Shown: one piece after another, positions 36,900 through 49,250 of the stretch
How the letters are laid out: the number at the start of each line of letters is the position of its first letter
Position numbering within the stretch: position 1 is the stretch's first letter
Assembly (NCBI GenBank): GCA_965655095.1
Contig: OZ296651.1
Location: 52,204,001-52,268,000, forward strand
DNA: 64,000 bases
Direction of reading: 5' to 3'
Source of the DNA: Haplodiscus bocki
Taxonomy: Eukaryota
Program-made: the position numbers and the translations under genes
The notes under the pieces: model-generated
Told to the model about the DNA's origin: nothing
The model's input: the letters and a program-made list of their open reading frames with translations, nothing else
Databases searched by the model: none

Positions 36900-38500
36900 A
36901 GGTAAGGGGTCCTACTGCAAGAATTTACTTCTAACTTGAATTTCGATATTTTCAATGGCGTCTTCCTTCAAATATGATTTGCTCAGAGTGCAAAGTTATG
37001 GATTGAAGCCATCCAGTGCTGATTCAACAAAACGCCCTTTGCAAAATTTTGTGGCCTATTGTAAGGCTTGTTTTTTTTTGTTCTTGGGAGTTTAAAATTG
37101 TTCTTCACGATGCTTTTTTTGTAATCAAAATGTCGGAGAGAGATTTTTTTGGTCAAAAAGACACGTTTTTGACAACATGAAAACTGTTTCTCTGCTCAGT
37201 CCAACTATCAGTGTCACTTCAATTTTGGAAACTAAATTCAACTTATATTAAAGGAAATGGAGTGGTTAATGGGAGATGAACGTTAATTTGTAGTGTGATT
37301 TCAGTTGCGTCTTCCATTCCAAATTTGTTATTCAGTGTCCATTCGTTGCATAGGAGCCCTTCATTGATGATTCATTAGAGCGCCACGTGGAAAAATTGGT
37401 AGAGCAATGGATAGTCTGTTTCATCGTTTTATGGGTTTCAAGTCGGTTTTCAAGGTGTTTTCCTTCTGGTAAAACTCACGAAAAACCAATTCCTTTGATG
37501 AAAAATTCAAAGTTGCAATTTTTTATCGAATATCGCCGAGTATCAACTGTTGTCGATTAATTGACTTGTTTTGACTTGACTTTCAAAGGTATTCCAATTG
37601 CGTCTGCTTTCGAAGGTGTTTTTGTCAAAAACCATTTGCTGGATTAGGAAGATTTAACGCACATTTGGGAACGTCTGGAACATGGAGTTTCCTTTGAAGA
37701 ACAGGGTTCGCGTGTTTATCTTTCCTTTGGTACAACTGGACTTGGGATTGGAAACTCAAAATTGTTTTCACTTGCACTTTTTTGAACTTTAATCTTGGGC
37801 TAAAATGATATTTTTCGTTCGCAGTTTGCTAACGTCGTCGTGGTTGACCGACTGGGAGAGGCTGATCCCTAAAGTGTAAATCAGTTGTTCCTGCCTACTT
37901 GTTCGTTCTGTTCTCTCGGATGTATTTTCTCCCACTTCCTGAAGATAGAACGAACATCCTTGTTTGTTCTTAGGTCTCCGGTATATGTGGTGGTTGGAGT
38001 CTATTCTCAAATACTCTGAAATTTGTCACTTCAGATCGTGTCCTATTTTCCGGTCTTTCAAAATGGTGACCACTGATCCTCTCCAAAGTTTATTTTCCCT
38101 AAGCGTCGAGTTATTGCAAACTATTCAAAGTTTCGAAATTTGACCGAGTCGTATCCCACTGAATGTTCCGAATTTTTCGACTCCTTCCTTTGTCGAGCAC
38201 ACCTCTCTCGAAATGCTAAGATGAGTGGTGGGACCAACTTTGGTTGTAAGTGGACGAGAAGTACCTTTTTTGACGTAGTCGTTAATGACGTTGGTTATAT
38301 GCCATCGGTTGCTACGTGCATCCCGGTGGAAAGTTTGAATACCATCTCGACCGTTTTTTTGCCTTCGAATACCTCCTCTTCCTGAATTATTATCATTTTC
38401 TAGAAAAAAGAATCAACTTTTCAATAGGCAGAGATGTTTTCTGCTTCGAGGATTTTTTGTATATTCTTTCCAGTTTAACCGTCTCTCAACTTCATCGACC
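36900..38500 (-). mobile_element. Degenerate retroelement copy (family shared with 52400-53300 and ~30510-30580)
   Basis: 36953-37035 aligns with 52420-52505; the identical 18-mer gccacgtggaaaaattgg occurs at 37382 and 52851 at a colinear offset. LPIFPRG resembles an endonuclease 'PTF' motif. 38064-38131 matches 30512-30577. Confidence 0.55.
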
Positions 38501-41500
38501 GTTCTGGCCGAGGTTTGAGTTTTTTTTACCAATTTTTTAATTTATGCATCATTTGAGGTTTTTTCAGGGCTTGAGTGGTGTTAAAACGCTATAAAGCAGA
38601 TCAAAAAAGCTAATATTGCAGTTTTTCTCTTTTCGGGCCTATGGCTAAGTTTCTAGCAAACAGGCCAAACGAATAAGACACAGAAGCCCTAAGATAAATC
38701 AATGCAACCGGAAATTCCAGATTTGATCTGTTTTGAGTTTTTCGGTGGTTCAAAGTCAACGAGAATTATCTATTTTTCTGACATGTAAAGTTTAGGTTTC
38801 TGCCTAATCTCTCTTCTTAGCTACATTTACATTGAAAACCAATGCGAGAGGATATGTTTCGCAGTTATCTATGAAATTGCAGAAGGGAGGTTTTGTGAAC
38901 CTTTTTTATTTGGCAAACAGCTAATGTTGGAATTTAGTTTTTTTGCCTGCAAATCTACGCATCCATCTGTGATAATTAGAAAATGTTTATGCTGTGAACT
39001 TTGGCGAATTTCAAAAAAAAATTCAAAAGAGTACCTTTGGTGCTCCAGAGCCAGCCAAAGGTTCCTGTTTTTCATGTTTTTGTTCGTTTCCCTTACAAAT
39101 CAGCTTTCTGTCCAGAATATGAAATAGGATTGGAAGTCATGTGCTACTGCTCTGAACAAGTTCTTCAAGTTTCAGTCTTGCACAGCAATTTTTTTCCCTA
39201 GGCTAACTCTTAGCATCTTCATACCCTAGGTAACCTTCTTTTTATACAGTTTGAGGACGAACTAGAGTTTGACTTGATATTTTGAAGTTTTATTGTCTCA
39301 TCTTATCGCAGTTTCTGATAAGAACAGAACGATAAAGTTTTCGCAAAAGTACCACAACTGATTTCTGGTGACAGTGTGGGATTTTTAATGAGGTAAAAGT
39401 TCGCTCCGATATATTTTCTCTAAAATTCCGCAACATTTTCAACACGTTTTCAGAAAACTGAGAATTTCAGGAAACTGGAGGTATGTAATTTGCTCGGTGT
39501 TACACTTGCGACTAGCAAGTGCAATGGAACAGGATCGTCAACCATTTTCCCCCGACTTTTTCAATTTGCATCGCCTGTTTACCTGCTCACCAAAGCTAGT
39601 TAAAGTTTGACAGGAAGTAGGCTTCGCTCGGTAGCTCAGCCTGCCGCCTGGCAAGCGCGGGGAATGAATTGATTCGAAGTTAATAGACCAGTTAGAAGTG
39701 AAGTGTCATATGCGCAATATTGGAGTGTCTCTTTCAAATCCATTCGGAGTGTCTTAAAAAATCCAGAAATACTTTTGGACAAGTCATATAAGATCAATCC
39801 GGAAAGAGGTTAAGAATTGTTCGACTTTTTCACCTCTTTCTGAGTTGATAATTATTCGCCCTGTTTGTGAAATAAAATGGTGAGAAAAAAATCAGGAAAA
39901 CTTCACACTGCATTTTTGTGCCTTTGTTTTTGCTGAAACTTGCTTGAAATTTTCGGAAAATTAGTTTCGAAAGCTGCTTTTGTAAAAGGGTGCAGTCTTC
40001 GATTTATGCTCGCATATTCTTCGGTGCAGAGACGACACTTGGAAGTGCATCTTAGTCCTCTGGAAAAATCAGATTGCTCAAACGTTTTTGCTTTTTACTA
40101 AGCTTGTGGAAAGTGCGTGACAATATGAATCTTTCTAGATTTATCAATTACGATCTTGTGGACTTTTTATGCAGAAAGTAAGTTACTGAATTTCGAGATA
40201 AACGGAATCAACGCGGTGGGCTGGTTGAGCTGTCACTAATGCGTGACGCCACTTGAGTAAATGGTCATTACCAAAACATGAAGAGTTTTATTGCGGTTCG
40301 CTTCGCTTACCTAAAAAGTATCGATCATCATAACAACAGCAATGAAATTCTGCTCGCCAATTATTGAAAAGTTCGACAGATTTTTTGGACTGCGGAAACT
40401 TTTAATTTTACGAAGTACTTATAGTGTTACTCGGTTTTTGTTTTTTTTGAACGCTTTTTTGTACGTCATTTTGCGACCTCGTTCGAAATAAGGAATTTCG
40501 TGTGACATTTGAAAGTATTCATTCAAGGAAACACTAGCAGTGGGGATGACCGGGAAAGTTGAGGTTGTTCGAAGTTTTCAATTTCAATCCGGAATAGTAT
40601 TGGAGCAAGGGCCTGGCTTTTCCCAAGCTGTGGGAAAGAAGGAAATTGGAAGAATTGTGAGTATATTGAGATTGTTCCAACTTTGGTACAGGGGTTTGGT
40701 AGGATATGCTGAGTAGCGGCAGTGAGTCAGTTTAGTTATATTAAGTACGGGAACGTTTCAGTTCTTTTATCCCCATTCGTGGGAAAACGAATGAGGTTTG
40801 AAGGAAACCCCCTATGGTTATCTCAAAAGTTTTCCGAAGTCCTTGGTCAGCTATGCTTTCAATGTCTGAGCAAACGGCAAATCCCAAAGTGCTTCAAGTA
40901 AACAAAAGTAATACCACCCATAAAAAGTTATAAAAAGACTAGATATGAAAGAAAAATAAAATGATTTGAACGACCTATGACAGGAGAACCAAGTATCAAT
41001 TACGACATGGAAGTTTGAAAATAGAAAACTGATTTTAATTAAGAGAACTCATGAGCAAGCTTATTCAATTTTTCGAAGCTAAACACTGTTACAAGAATCA
41101 ATGAAAGTGAAAAATTGAAATTTTTCGTGAGATTTATTGCTTCAAAATTGGACCCAAAGATGCAACGTTATCACTGTTTTGGCCATTCTTCCAAACTTTC
41201 AGTTTTGTCAAATTTTTTATCAGCAGCTATACGGGGCTACTCGAATTTTTACCGCGAATATCAGTTTGTTTTCATTTCTGAATTCACCTAAAATGTTGAC
41301 GAAGTTTTCTAGCCCTCCGTTCTTGTCATTTTCCCTCGAAATTGTATTTCTAAACAGAGTATCGCAATCAGTACTGACCTTATTAGCGATTTTGAATTTT
41401 TACGTCATCTAGCGTTTTCAAATTTAGCGCTCTCTGCCGAAATGCTTCGATAACACAGTTTGGTAGAAACTTTGTTCACTTTCTGCCCGAACTTTTTTTT

Positions 41501-43054
41501 ATGTGAAACTTCGGTCAAAGTGTTTTGACTTATTTCATGTCTGACTGAAGCATTCCCGCAAAGGGTATTAAATTTGATGAAGAGGTGACTTGAAACTTCA
41601 AAATTCCAATATTCGTTTCTCTAAATGGTTAGTACTGATTAAGTTACACTCTGAAGAAATGCAGTTTGAGTGAAATTTGTAAAAACTGAAAGGGTTTAAT
41701 TTCGAGTGAACGGAAGTGGTGAAAAAATCCTCAAAAATGTAATTGGTCTACAAAATGAGAAAACATCTTAATATGCGTTCTAAAAGGAAACTTTGGTCTC
41801 TACAACATGTTTCTAAAGTTACAGTTTACTACATTACTGACATTTTCATTTTATAGCTCTTTTCTGAGTTTTGCATTATCAGTTCAACCTTTTGATCACC
41901 CACAATCAATCCTTCATGATTTACTAACTATCTTAAAACAACCAATTCATCAGTAAAATAGATGTCATTTCTGATGGACTGTAAGTCTACGAAAGTGCAG
42001 TCAAAAGCAGCATGGAAGAGGTCTAATAGAGCAATTATGTCGATATCTGTCAAGCTCCTATAAATCTTTCGCAGAAAAATATTGGAAGATTTTGAACTTT
42101 GCATAATTCAGGTATTCATGAAATGCTCATACAGTTGAGATTTGAATATCCATTGAATTAGAAACATGCAACAATTGGGGACGTTTATTTTGTCATTTAC
42201 GTAATTGAATTCGGACTTTTCCACAGATTTCTCTAACTAAGATTTCACTTCGGGGTACGTTTGCAACTCAGAAATTTTCAGTAACTGTTGACTGGTAACT
42301 AAGCTGGCAACGCCAGCTAATTACGATCGACGTTTTTTTTTTGTCTGGCTGTAGACAACTTGCAATAATTAATTAATATGTACTTGCTTCGCTGACAGTA
42401 AAGGTCGGAATTGGGTGTATTTTTCGAATTGCGATATTTTTGCTGTCTCTTTATGCGGCAAATGAGGCGAAAAAGACAGATGAACAAATGGGACCGCTTC
42501 AAATTTATAAATCTCTTAAAACCTGGGTTGATTTCGTCCAATGTATTTATCTTTGACAGCTTTTTATCTTCGAATTGAAAATCTTTGATTTCCATACAAG
42601 CATCAGAAACTCGATTGGTCAAAAATGCCAAAAATACTATTTTTTAAGTAATTTTATTTTGTGGAAATTCAAAATCATAATTCTCTAAAGCTATCGGCTT
42701 GAATTTGTCCGCCACGGAGGTCTCAATCGACAATTTTTTTTTGTCAAAAATGGATCTTTTTCTGAAAATTATTTGTTCTGTGTTCGATCACTCATTTCTG
42801 CACACTTTTGAAATGCGACTGCGCCGTTTGTTAACTTATTTTATTCAATTAAACTCGTTCAATTAGGATACTGATGATTGCTTGCTTTCAAATTTTTGAA
42901 CTGAAAAGTTTACAGTAGATAAATCACTTTGTTATCACAAATGATATCAGACCGTATTCCTGGTCATTGGTTGCATACACGCGTGTTTTATTCAAAAAAA
43001 TTTTTGAATTGAAGTTCGAAGTTTTTCAAGTTCTGATTTAAATTTTCAGGTGTA

Positions 43055-43075
43055 ATGAAGAACGTTTATGGTTGA
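43055..43075 (+). promoter_or_regulatory. Upstream ORF (MKNVYG*) in the USP36 5' leader
   Basis: ATG AAG AAC GTT TAT GGT TGA lies between the acceptor ttttcag| (43049) and the main ATG (43091). Confidence 0.5.
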
Positions 43076-43090
43076 TTGTCTGCCGCAGTC

Positions 43091-45139
43091 ATGCGAAATT
43101 TGGATACTTTGATCAAAGAGTCGGTTTGTTCTGAATCAACGCCATCTATTCTTTCGACGGGCGGAAAAGATTACAACAAAGGGACCGACGCCCAAAATGG
43201 CGGAAAACAAATTTTGAAGGGCCCTAAAGGGATCCTCAACAGTTCTATCAATTTTGTGAAATGCAGTCAATCCAACACCAACCCATACGATGATCTGGAG
43301 TCGAACCCTAAAATTATCAAAATATCCAAAAATTCTGAGATGTTTCGCAATTTTTCGTTTTTTCATAAAGACCCCCCAAATGGATTGAACAAATCATGTA
43401 CGAATGGCTGGAATGATGATATCCCAGCTCCCAAATTTTTACTATACTCAGGGAGGGTTCTGAATAAGTGGCGTGAAACGTGCTTGCAAGCGGGAGGTGG
43501 ATTACATAATCAAGGCAACACCTGTTTTTTGAACTCTGTTTTGCAGTGTTTAGCCTACACGGCCCCTTTGTACAATGCCCTTAACGGAGATGACCACAGC
43601 AGTAAATGCAGAGTCCAGTCACAAACTTGTATGCTGTGTGAAATCCAGAGAAACACCAAGCGAATTTTTGATCATCCGCAGTCAGCCATAAGTCCAATGA
43701 CAATTGTGAACAAAATCAGAGAAATCGGAAAATGTTTTCATTACGGCCGACAAGAAGATGCACATGAATTTCTTATCCATCTTTTTGACTCCATGCAAAA
43801 AGCTTGTCTTTTCAACAGAGCTAAACTCGACAATTTTACTCAGTCGACCAGTTTATTATATCAGATTTTTGGAGGATTTTGTAGAAGCCAAGTTATATGC
43901 TCCAGATGTCAGAACAAAAGTAACACTTACGACCCTTTTTTGACCCTTTCTATTGATGTTCAACATTGTCAAAATATAACCGACAGTTTATTTCGCTATA
44001 CTAAAAAGGAGCACCTTGGAAATGATAATATGTACAAGTGTGAGAAATGTCGACAAAAAGTGGAAGCCACCCGAAGAGTTACGTTTCAGAGACTTCCCAA
44101 AATTTTCATTCTGCACTTGAAAAGATTCAATTATAATGGTCTAAATATGAAGTTGAGTAAAAGTAAACATCTGGCGTTTCCAGAACATTTAGAAATGAAA
44201 AATTTTCTCAGTGAGAGCGCCTGCAAATCCAACCCTTCACAATATCGCCTCTATGCAGTACTCGTTCATTCTGGTTTCTCATCACATTCAGGCCACTACT
44301 ACTGTTTTGTGAAATCTCCCAGTGGTATTTGGTACAAGTGCAACGATTCAAATGTTTCCAAGTGTAGTTTGAGTATTGCCCTTCAATCAGAAGCTTATCT
44401 TTTGTTCTACAACCAAGTTCCTTCCGATTTGAGTGCCACGCCAAGTCCTGCATCACAAGGTGTCAATCATTTACCCTCAGAAACAAAACACAATCTGACG
44501 CCCTGTAGCACGATGGCAACACCCTCACCCATGCAAAATGGCTACGGCTACCCCCCTGTTATCAAAAATAAAATCACGTTTGGCAGTCATATGACAAACG
44601 GACCTCATCGTTCCAATACTGTGGGCGGCGAAACGGCTGGGAAGCATATGACGTATAATCAAAACAGGTCTCCTGCAAGGCCTTCGCCTTTGATCTCGGA
44701 AGCACCGCAAACTGCTGACAAAGCGAAAGAGCAACTGAGCTTCAAGATTCCGAAAAGAACGGAAAAAAATGAGAGTGCTGACGTCACGAACAAAGAAATG
44801 TTCAACAAAGCAGAAAACGATCTTCTGCAATCCTGTACCAGTGCAGGTGAATGTAAACCTGTGAACATGGCGCCGAGTGCTGAGAAAACTATGTCCGGTG
44901 GTAGCATGGTGAACGGTGGAACGTACGATCGGCTACACCCATACGCAAAGGCGAAACGTGAAATGGATGCTCCAAGTGAGGGCGAAGCGAAAAAGAACAC
45001 CAGTGTGAACAAATCCAAAGCAGCTACAGAGTTGGTTTCATATCCTTTAGGCGACGAGTCTGATGAAAGTGATGATGACCAGGATGAAGGTCACAATGCG
45101 ATCTCCAACGGCCCTCCTGTAGCCAAAGCTCCAAAACTT
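43091..45139 (+). CDS. USP36: Ubiquitin carboxyl-terminal hydrolase 36 (USP36/USP42/scrawny family), exon 1
   Basis: Cys box GLHNQGNTCFLNSVLQCL, GRQEDAHEFL, CSRC/CEKC zinc finger, LHLKRF, His box LVHSGFSSHSGHYYCFVK and WYKCNDS. Phase-0 donor ctt|GTAAGT at 45140. Confidence 0.95.
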
Positions 45140-45354
45140 GTAAGTTAAGCCTTAAAAAACGATAAATATTTAGATGAGTCGAAAGGACTTGAGATTCTAT
45201 ATCTTCACGTATCTTTTGCGGCGTTTCAATCTTCAAGTCAAATTGAAAAGAATTTTTCGCGGAAGAATGTATCAGTTTTTCGGTGACCGCTGTGAATATG
45301 AATATAGCACAGCTTCCAGTGTTGTTATTTTGAAATAAAATTAGTGTTTTTTAG

Positions 45355-46650
45355 GATCTTGGGGATGAGACAAACGACAGTGCTTCAACAATATCTTCAA
45401 ATATTAGTTTATTCACCAGTAGTGGCAGCAACTCGAATGCAGCCTCCTTGAATAATATTTGTCCAGCCGATGCATCCACGAACAACGCTGAGGCTTCAAA
45501 AGTGAGTAGCGAAAAAATAGGAAAACTTCCAGTGGAACCTATTGCAAACGGCATCCATAGACGTCCAGATAGCAGCAGTGAATGGGATGTAAAGCCCCAG
45601 AATGCAGTACCGTCTTCCCCATCTTACAGTAATACTAGTGTGTGTTCGACTGACAAAAACTGGAATGTCCAGGACTCGAACTCAAAACAGTTAGTTGATG
45701 ATTGGTCAGAAAATGAGGCAAGCTTGGAGGCAACCATCGGAACGAATTGTGATGACTCTAAGTTTCAATGTGGCCAATCAGAATCAGATAAATTGCCCGA
45801 AAAGAACTCCGATGTTTCCAACCATACCTCGAAAGGTGATCGAAGAAATGAGAGAAGCCCTTCTGTTTCTTCAACCGAGTCATCCAGTTCACTCAGTAAA
45901 AAGGTTCCGCCCCTAAAAAGTTTGAAAGACCATGTTATCAAATTGGTTAGGGGAAATGCATCCAAGAAAAGTAATCCATTAAATACGACTTTCAAACAGT
46001 CAATAAGTCTCACAGAAGAGAACCTTTCAACTCCATTTAACGGTGTACCAAGTTTTGCAGGAAAACAAGAATGTACGTCACGAAGTCCGCATGAAGATCA
46101 CAATTACGTTCAGCCGAAACGAATTACGTCCGAACCTAAATCAATTGTGAGCTCCAGCAGGAACAGTTTTCCGATTTCAACTGGTTGCACCAAGTTATTG
46201 AAAGACTCACTGAATAATGCTGGAATCAGTTTCACGGCGACTCCGAATACGATAAAACTGCCTGCTGAAGTGGCACCTCCAGTGACTGTCCCTAGATCCA
46301 ACAACTACCCGCATCGAGACGTCCTTGAACACCTTGCGAGTCAGAGTGTGACAAAATCATGGAACGGGATAGTTAACAATAATATTAAAAGCAACAGTTG
46401 GCACCAGAATTCAAAACAGTATGGTTCCAAGCTGGTTCATTCTCGTGAGTATGACGAGTTCGATGCGGAAGTAGATCGAGGTCGTCTGAAGAAACGCAAA
46501 AGTTTCGATAATCGAAACTACAGAGGTTTAAACAACAGAAACCAATTCCAGGAGTTTTATGAGGGAAATAAACACAACAATTTTCAGCAGCCTTATCGGT
46601 CAAATTCTTATGGAGGTAGTCATGGGAGAAGATACCAACACTATCATTAA
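45355..46650 (+). CDS. USP36: USP36, exon 2 (Ser-rich linker and basic nucleolar-targeting C-terminus)
   Basis: Acceptor gttttttag| at 45354, phase 0 and in frame with the 45448-46650 ORF. DEFDAEVDRGRLKKRK...NQFQE matches the USP36 C-terminal D..D.E.DRGK.KK...N.FQ motif. The joined CDS is 3345 nt, 1114 aa. Confidence 0.9.
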   Translation, partial: DLGDETNDSASTISSNISLFTSSGSNSNAASLNNICPADASTNNAEASKVSSEKIGKLPVEPIANGIHRRPDSSSEWDVKPQNAVPSSPSYSNTSVCSTDKNWNVQDSNSKQLVDDWSENEASLEATIGTNCDDSKFQCGQSESDKLPEKNSDVSNHTSKGDRRNERSPSVSSTESSSSLSKKVPPLKSLKDHVIKLVRGNASKKSNPLNTTFKQSISLTEENLSTPFNGVPSFAGKQECTSRSPHEDHNYVQPKRITSEPKSIVSSSRNSFPISTGCTKLLKDSLNNAGISFTATPNTIKLPAEVAPPVTVPRSNNYPHRDVLEHLASQSVTKSWNGIVNNNIKSNSWHQNSKQYGSKLVHSREYDEFDAEVDRGRLKKRKSFDNRNYRGLNNRNQFQEFYEGNKHNNFQQPYRSNSYGGSHGRRYQHYH

Positions 46651-48049
46651 TAAGATACGGCGGAAACTTTTTGCTGTCGTTATCATGGTCTGTCGAAAAA
46701 ATAATCACATTGCATAGTATCTGATACTTGATACTAAGTAAATTGATTATATTATACGGAAATGTGTCTATTGGGGATGCTTGCTTGTTCCCCTTCTGCT
46801 ATATCAAGCAATGTCCACCGATGTATCTTGTTATAAACTGATACAAAATCTTGTTAAATACTGATACAAAATTATTCTGTTTTCTTTGAGCAGCCTTTCA
46901 TGCAAATCACTCGTCATTAATTTAACATTATTGGCTATCAATTTTCACTTGTCGTTTTTTAAAACTCAGACATAAATGGTTACTGCAATCGGATATACAA
47001 AATCAAATGCAAGTGAAGAAAAAAGGTTTTGTTCATTGTAATAAAATATTGAGAAGAAATTGAGAAGAATGATCATTTGTTGGACTAAAAAATATATGTT
47101 CGTCCACCGCAGTTCTAATGTTTCTTCTCTTTCAGATTATTATGGGCCATGTAACTATGCAAAGTGTATCATACAATTAGGCTTACTTTGAAGTACTGAT
47201 TTCTCTATCTTATCTTCTAATTTTCAAAATGTTGTTGAAATAGTGCCGCATCAAAATGGAATGGATTCATGTGGAGCTCGATTCCTCAAACTCAATCTAA
47301 GTTTAAACTAATTTCCCCAAAAAGTTTTTAACTTTCCAGATTGCAATAATTTTTCTTGGACAAAATTGGATGAGTACTTTGCGCATTTGGAAAACTTCAA
47401 CCAATTAAAACAAATACACAAGAAAGTCAGTTAAAACATGAAAATCTTGAAATGAAGCAATCCCAAATTTTAAGCAACTCCTGCGAACAAACAAAAATGA
47501 TTTTAGTCTCTGGAAACTTTTGTTTTCTGAAAATTGGTTAAACTTTTAATGTATGGTGCCGCGTTTTCGAGAAATAATTAACTAATTTTAACTAAAAACA
47601 GCAGGATCAGACCACATGCTGCCAGTTTCTAAACTGTGAAGGAGTCCACAAACTGCAAGCTTTTTCTGCACTCTTAGAAATGAAATCACTTTCTCAGCGA
47701 TTAATTTTGAAAGAAAGAAGCTAAGCAAATAAACCAAATAAAGTGTCAGTGTAGCAAAAACAGCACCGGCGCTGCGATATTTTCCGTCGATGAAGTGCCG
47801 ATGTATCGAAAAAACATCAGACTGAGGAACCCAGCACTTTGGATGGAACGCAGCTTCAAAGGAAAAAAAAACAAGAATTACAATTTTTGGGTATTTCGGG
47901 CTATCAGGTTCTGTCCTATTTTAATCAACTAGATACCTTTTACAAGCAATTGTAAATAAAGACGTTAATGGAAGAAAGCCAACCCGGTAATTATGGCGAA
48001 AAATGGAATTGGACTTGGGTGAATAGTAAGACCAACAATTTTGGCATGG

Positions 48050-49250
48050 TGGACCTATCAAGAATTGTATATGAAGCCGACATTTTTGTTCAATTGTTTT
48101 TTATAAATAGAACACTGTTGATTGCGATCTTGATGGAAAAAATCAATTCGGTAGTTTCGGGTGAACTCAATTTGATTACACAAAAAATTCAACTCTAATT
48201 GCACTTTTTGTTGTTTTCGCCATATCAGGAGTCCAATGCAAGACGAAAAATTGGTGGTAGCGTAATGGAAAATGCTTTTGATAGTGGCAAACTGTTGATT
48301 GGGACGTTGATGGATGTAATACAGCCTGTAGTTGAGGCAATAGTTGAGATTGAATCACAACGAAAATCAATAATAGCAGTTTTTGTGACTTTCGGCCCTT
48401 CAGGTTTCAGACGGTCTTAAAATCGATTAATTAATTGGACATGTTTCTATAAGTAGAGAAATGCTCACTGAAACTCGATGTATGTAATGCAGTTAGTAGT
48501 TATGGCGGAACTTGAATTTGAATGTTGTCAAAAATCAATACTAATGGGAAGTATTGGCTTTTTCGGCCTCTCCGCTTTCAGGTGCAAGAAGCAATACCGA
48601 TGACAGGTTACATGGAAACGTTTCTAGAAGATTGAGAATTTTGATTGGGACCCTAATGAATGTAGATATGGCAAAAATTGCGTTTCAGGAACACGGAAAA
48701 TCAATGCACATAGCGGTTTTTTCGGCAATTTGGATCGATCAGGATTCCAATGCAAAACGAAGTATTGGTAATAATCCATTTCAAAAGGCTTCTACAGAGA
48801 GGAAACTGGTAATTGGGACCTTATTGGTTGTAATCCGTTTGGTAGTTATGGTGAATTTTGAATTTGAATGTCGCGGAAAATCAATACTGATGAAAGATTT
48901 TCGGCCTGAGAAGTCTAATACAATGATCAAAATCTTAGATTTCCTTGTTGCTTTCCTGTTAACAAGTTACGAATTGTAGATTGAGGTCTTGAAGGGAAAA
49001 ATCAAACCAGTTGTTTTGGGTAAATAAAAATTTTCAAAATCGATTAGTCAGTACTAATGGCACTTTTTCCCTTGTTCGGATCAGGATTTCAATGCAATAT
49101 TTAAAACTGACAATGTGGTGGTGAATTATCAGAAATGAAAATACTCGATTGAGGAACTACTGGCCGAAATCAATCCGGCAGTTGTGAAAAGAAGCGAGTT
49201 TGATTATCGACCAAAAGTCAATGGCCTTTTTTGGGAATTTTGGCCAATCA
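48050..49250. repeat. Degenerate tandem array, ~170-180-bp period, ~7 units
   Basis: Recurrent aaactg(t/g)tgattgggac.ttgatggatgtaat...gtagtt...gaattt...aaaatcaata at ~48111, 48290, 48470, 48640, 48803, 48980 and 49140. Confidence 0.75.

Noticed and set aside
41930-42631. Divergent gene head-to-head with USP36 (104-aa minus ORF plus a ~56-aa ORF)
   Set aside because: No recognisable domain and no consistent splice chain could be built; it cannot be excluded without RNA data.
43136-46708. Antisense and alternate-frame ORFs over USP36
   Set aside because: Shadow ORFs of a long coding region, with no independent motifs.
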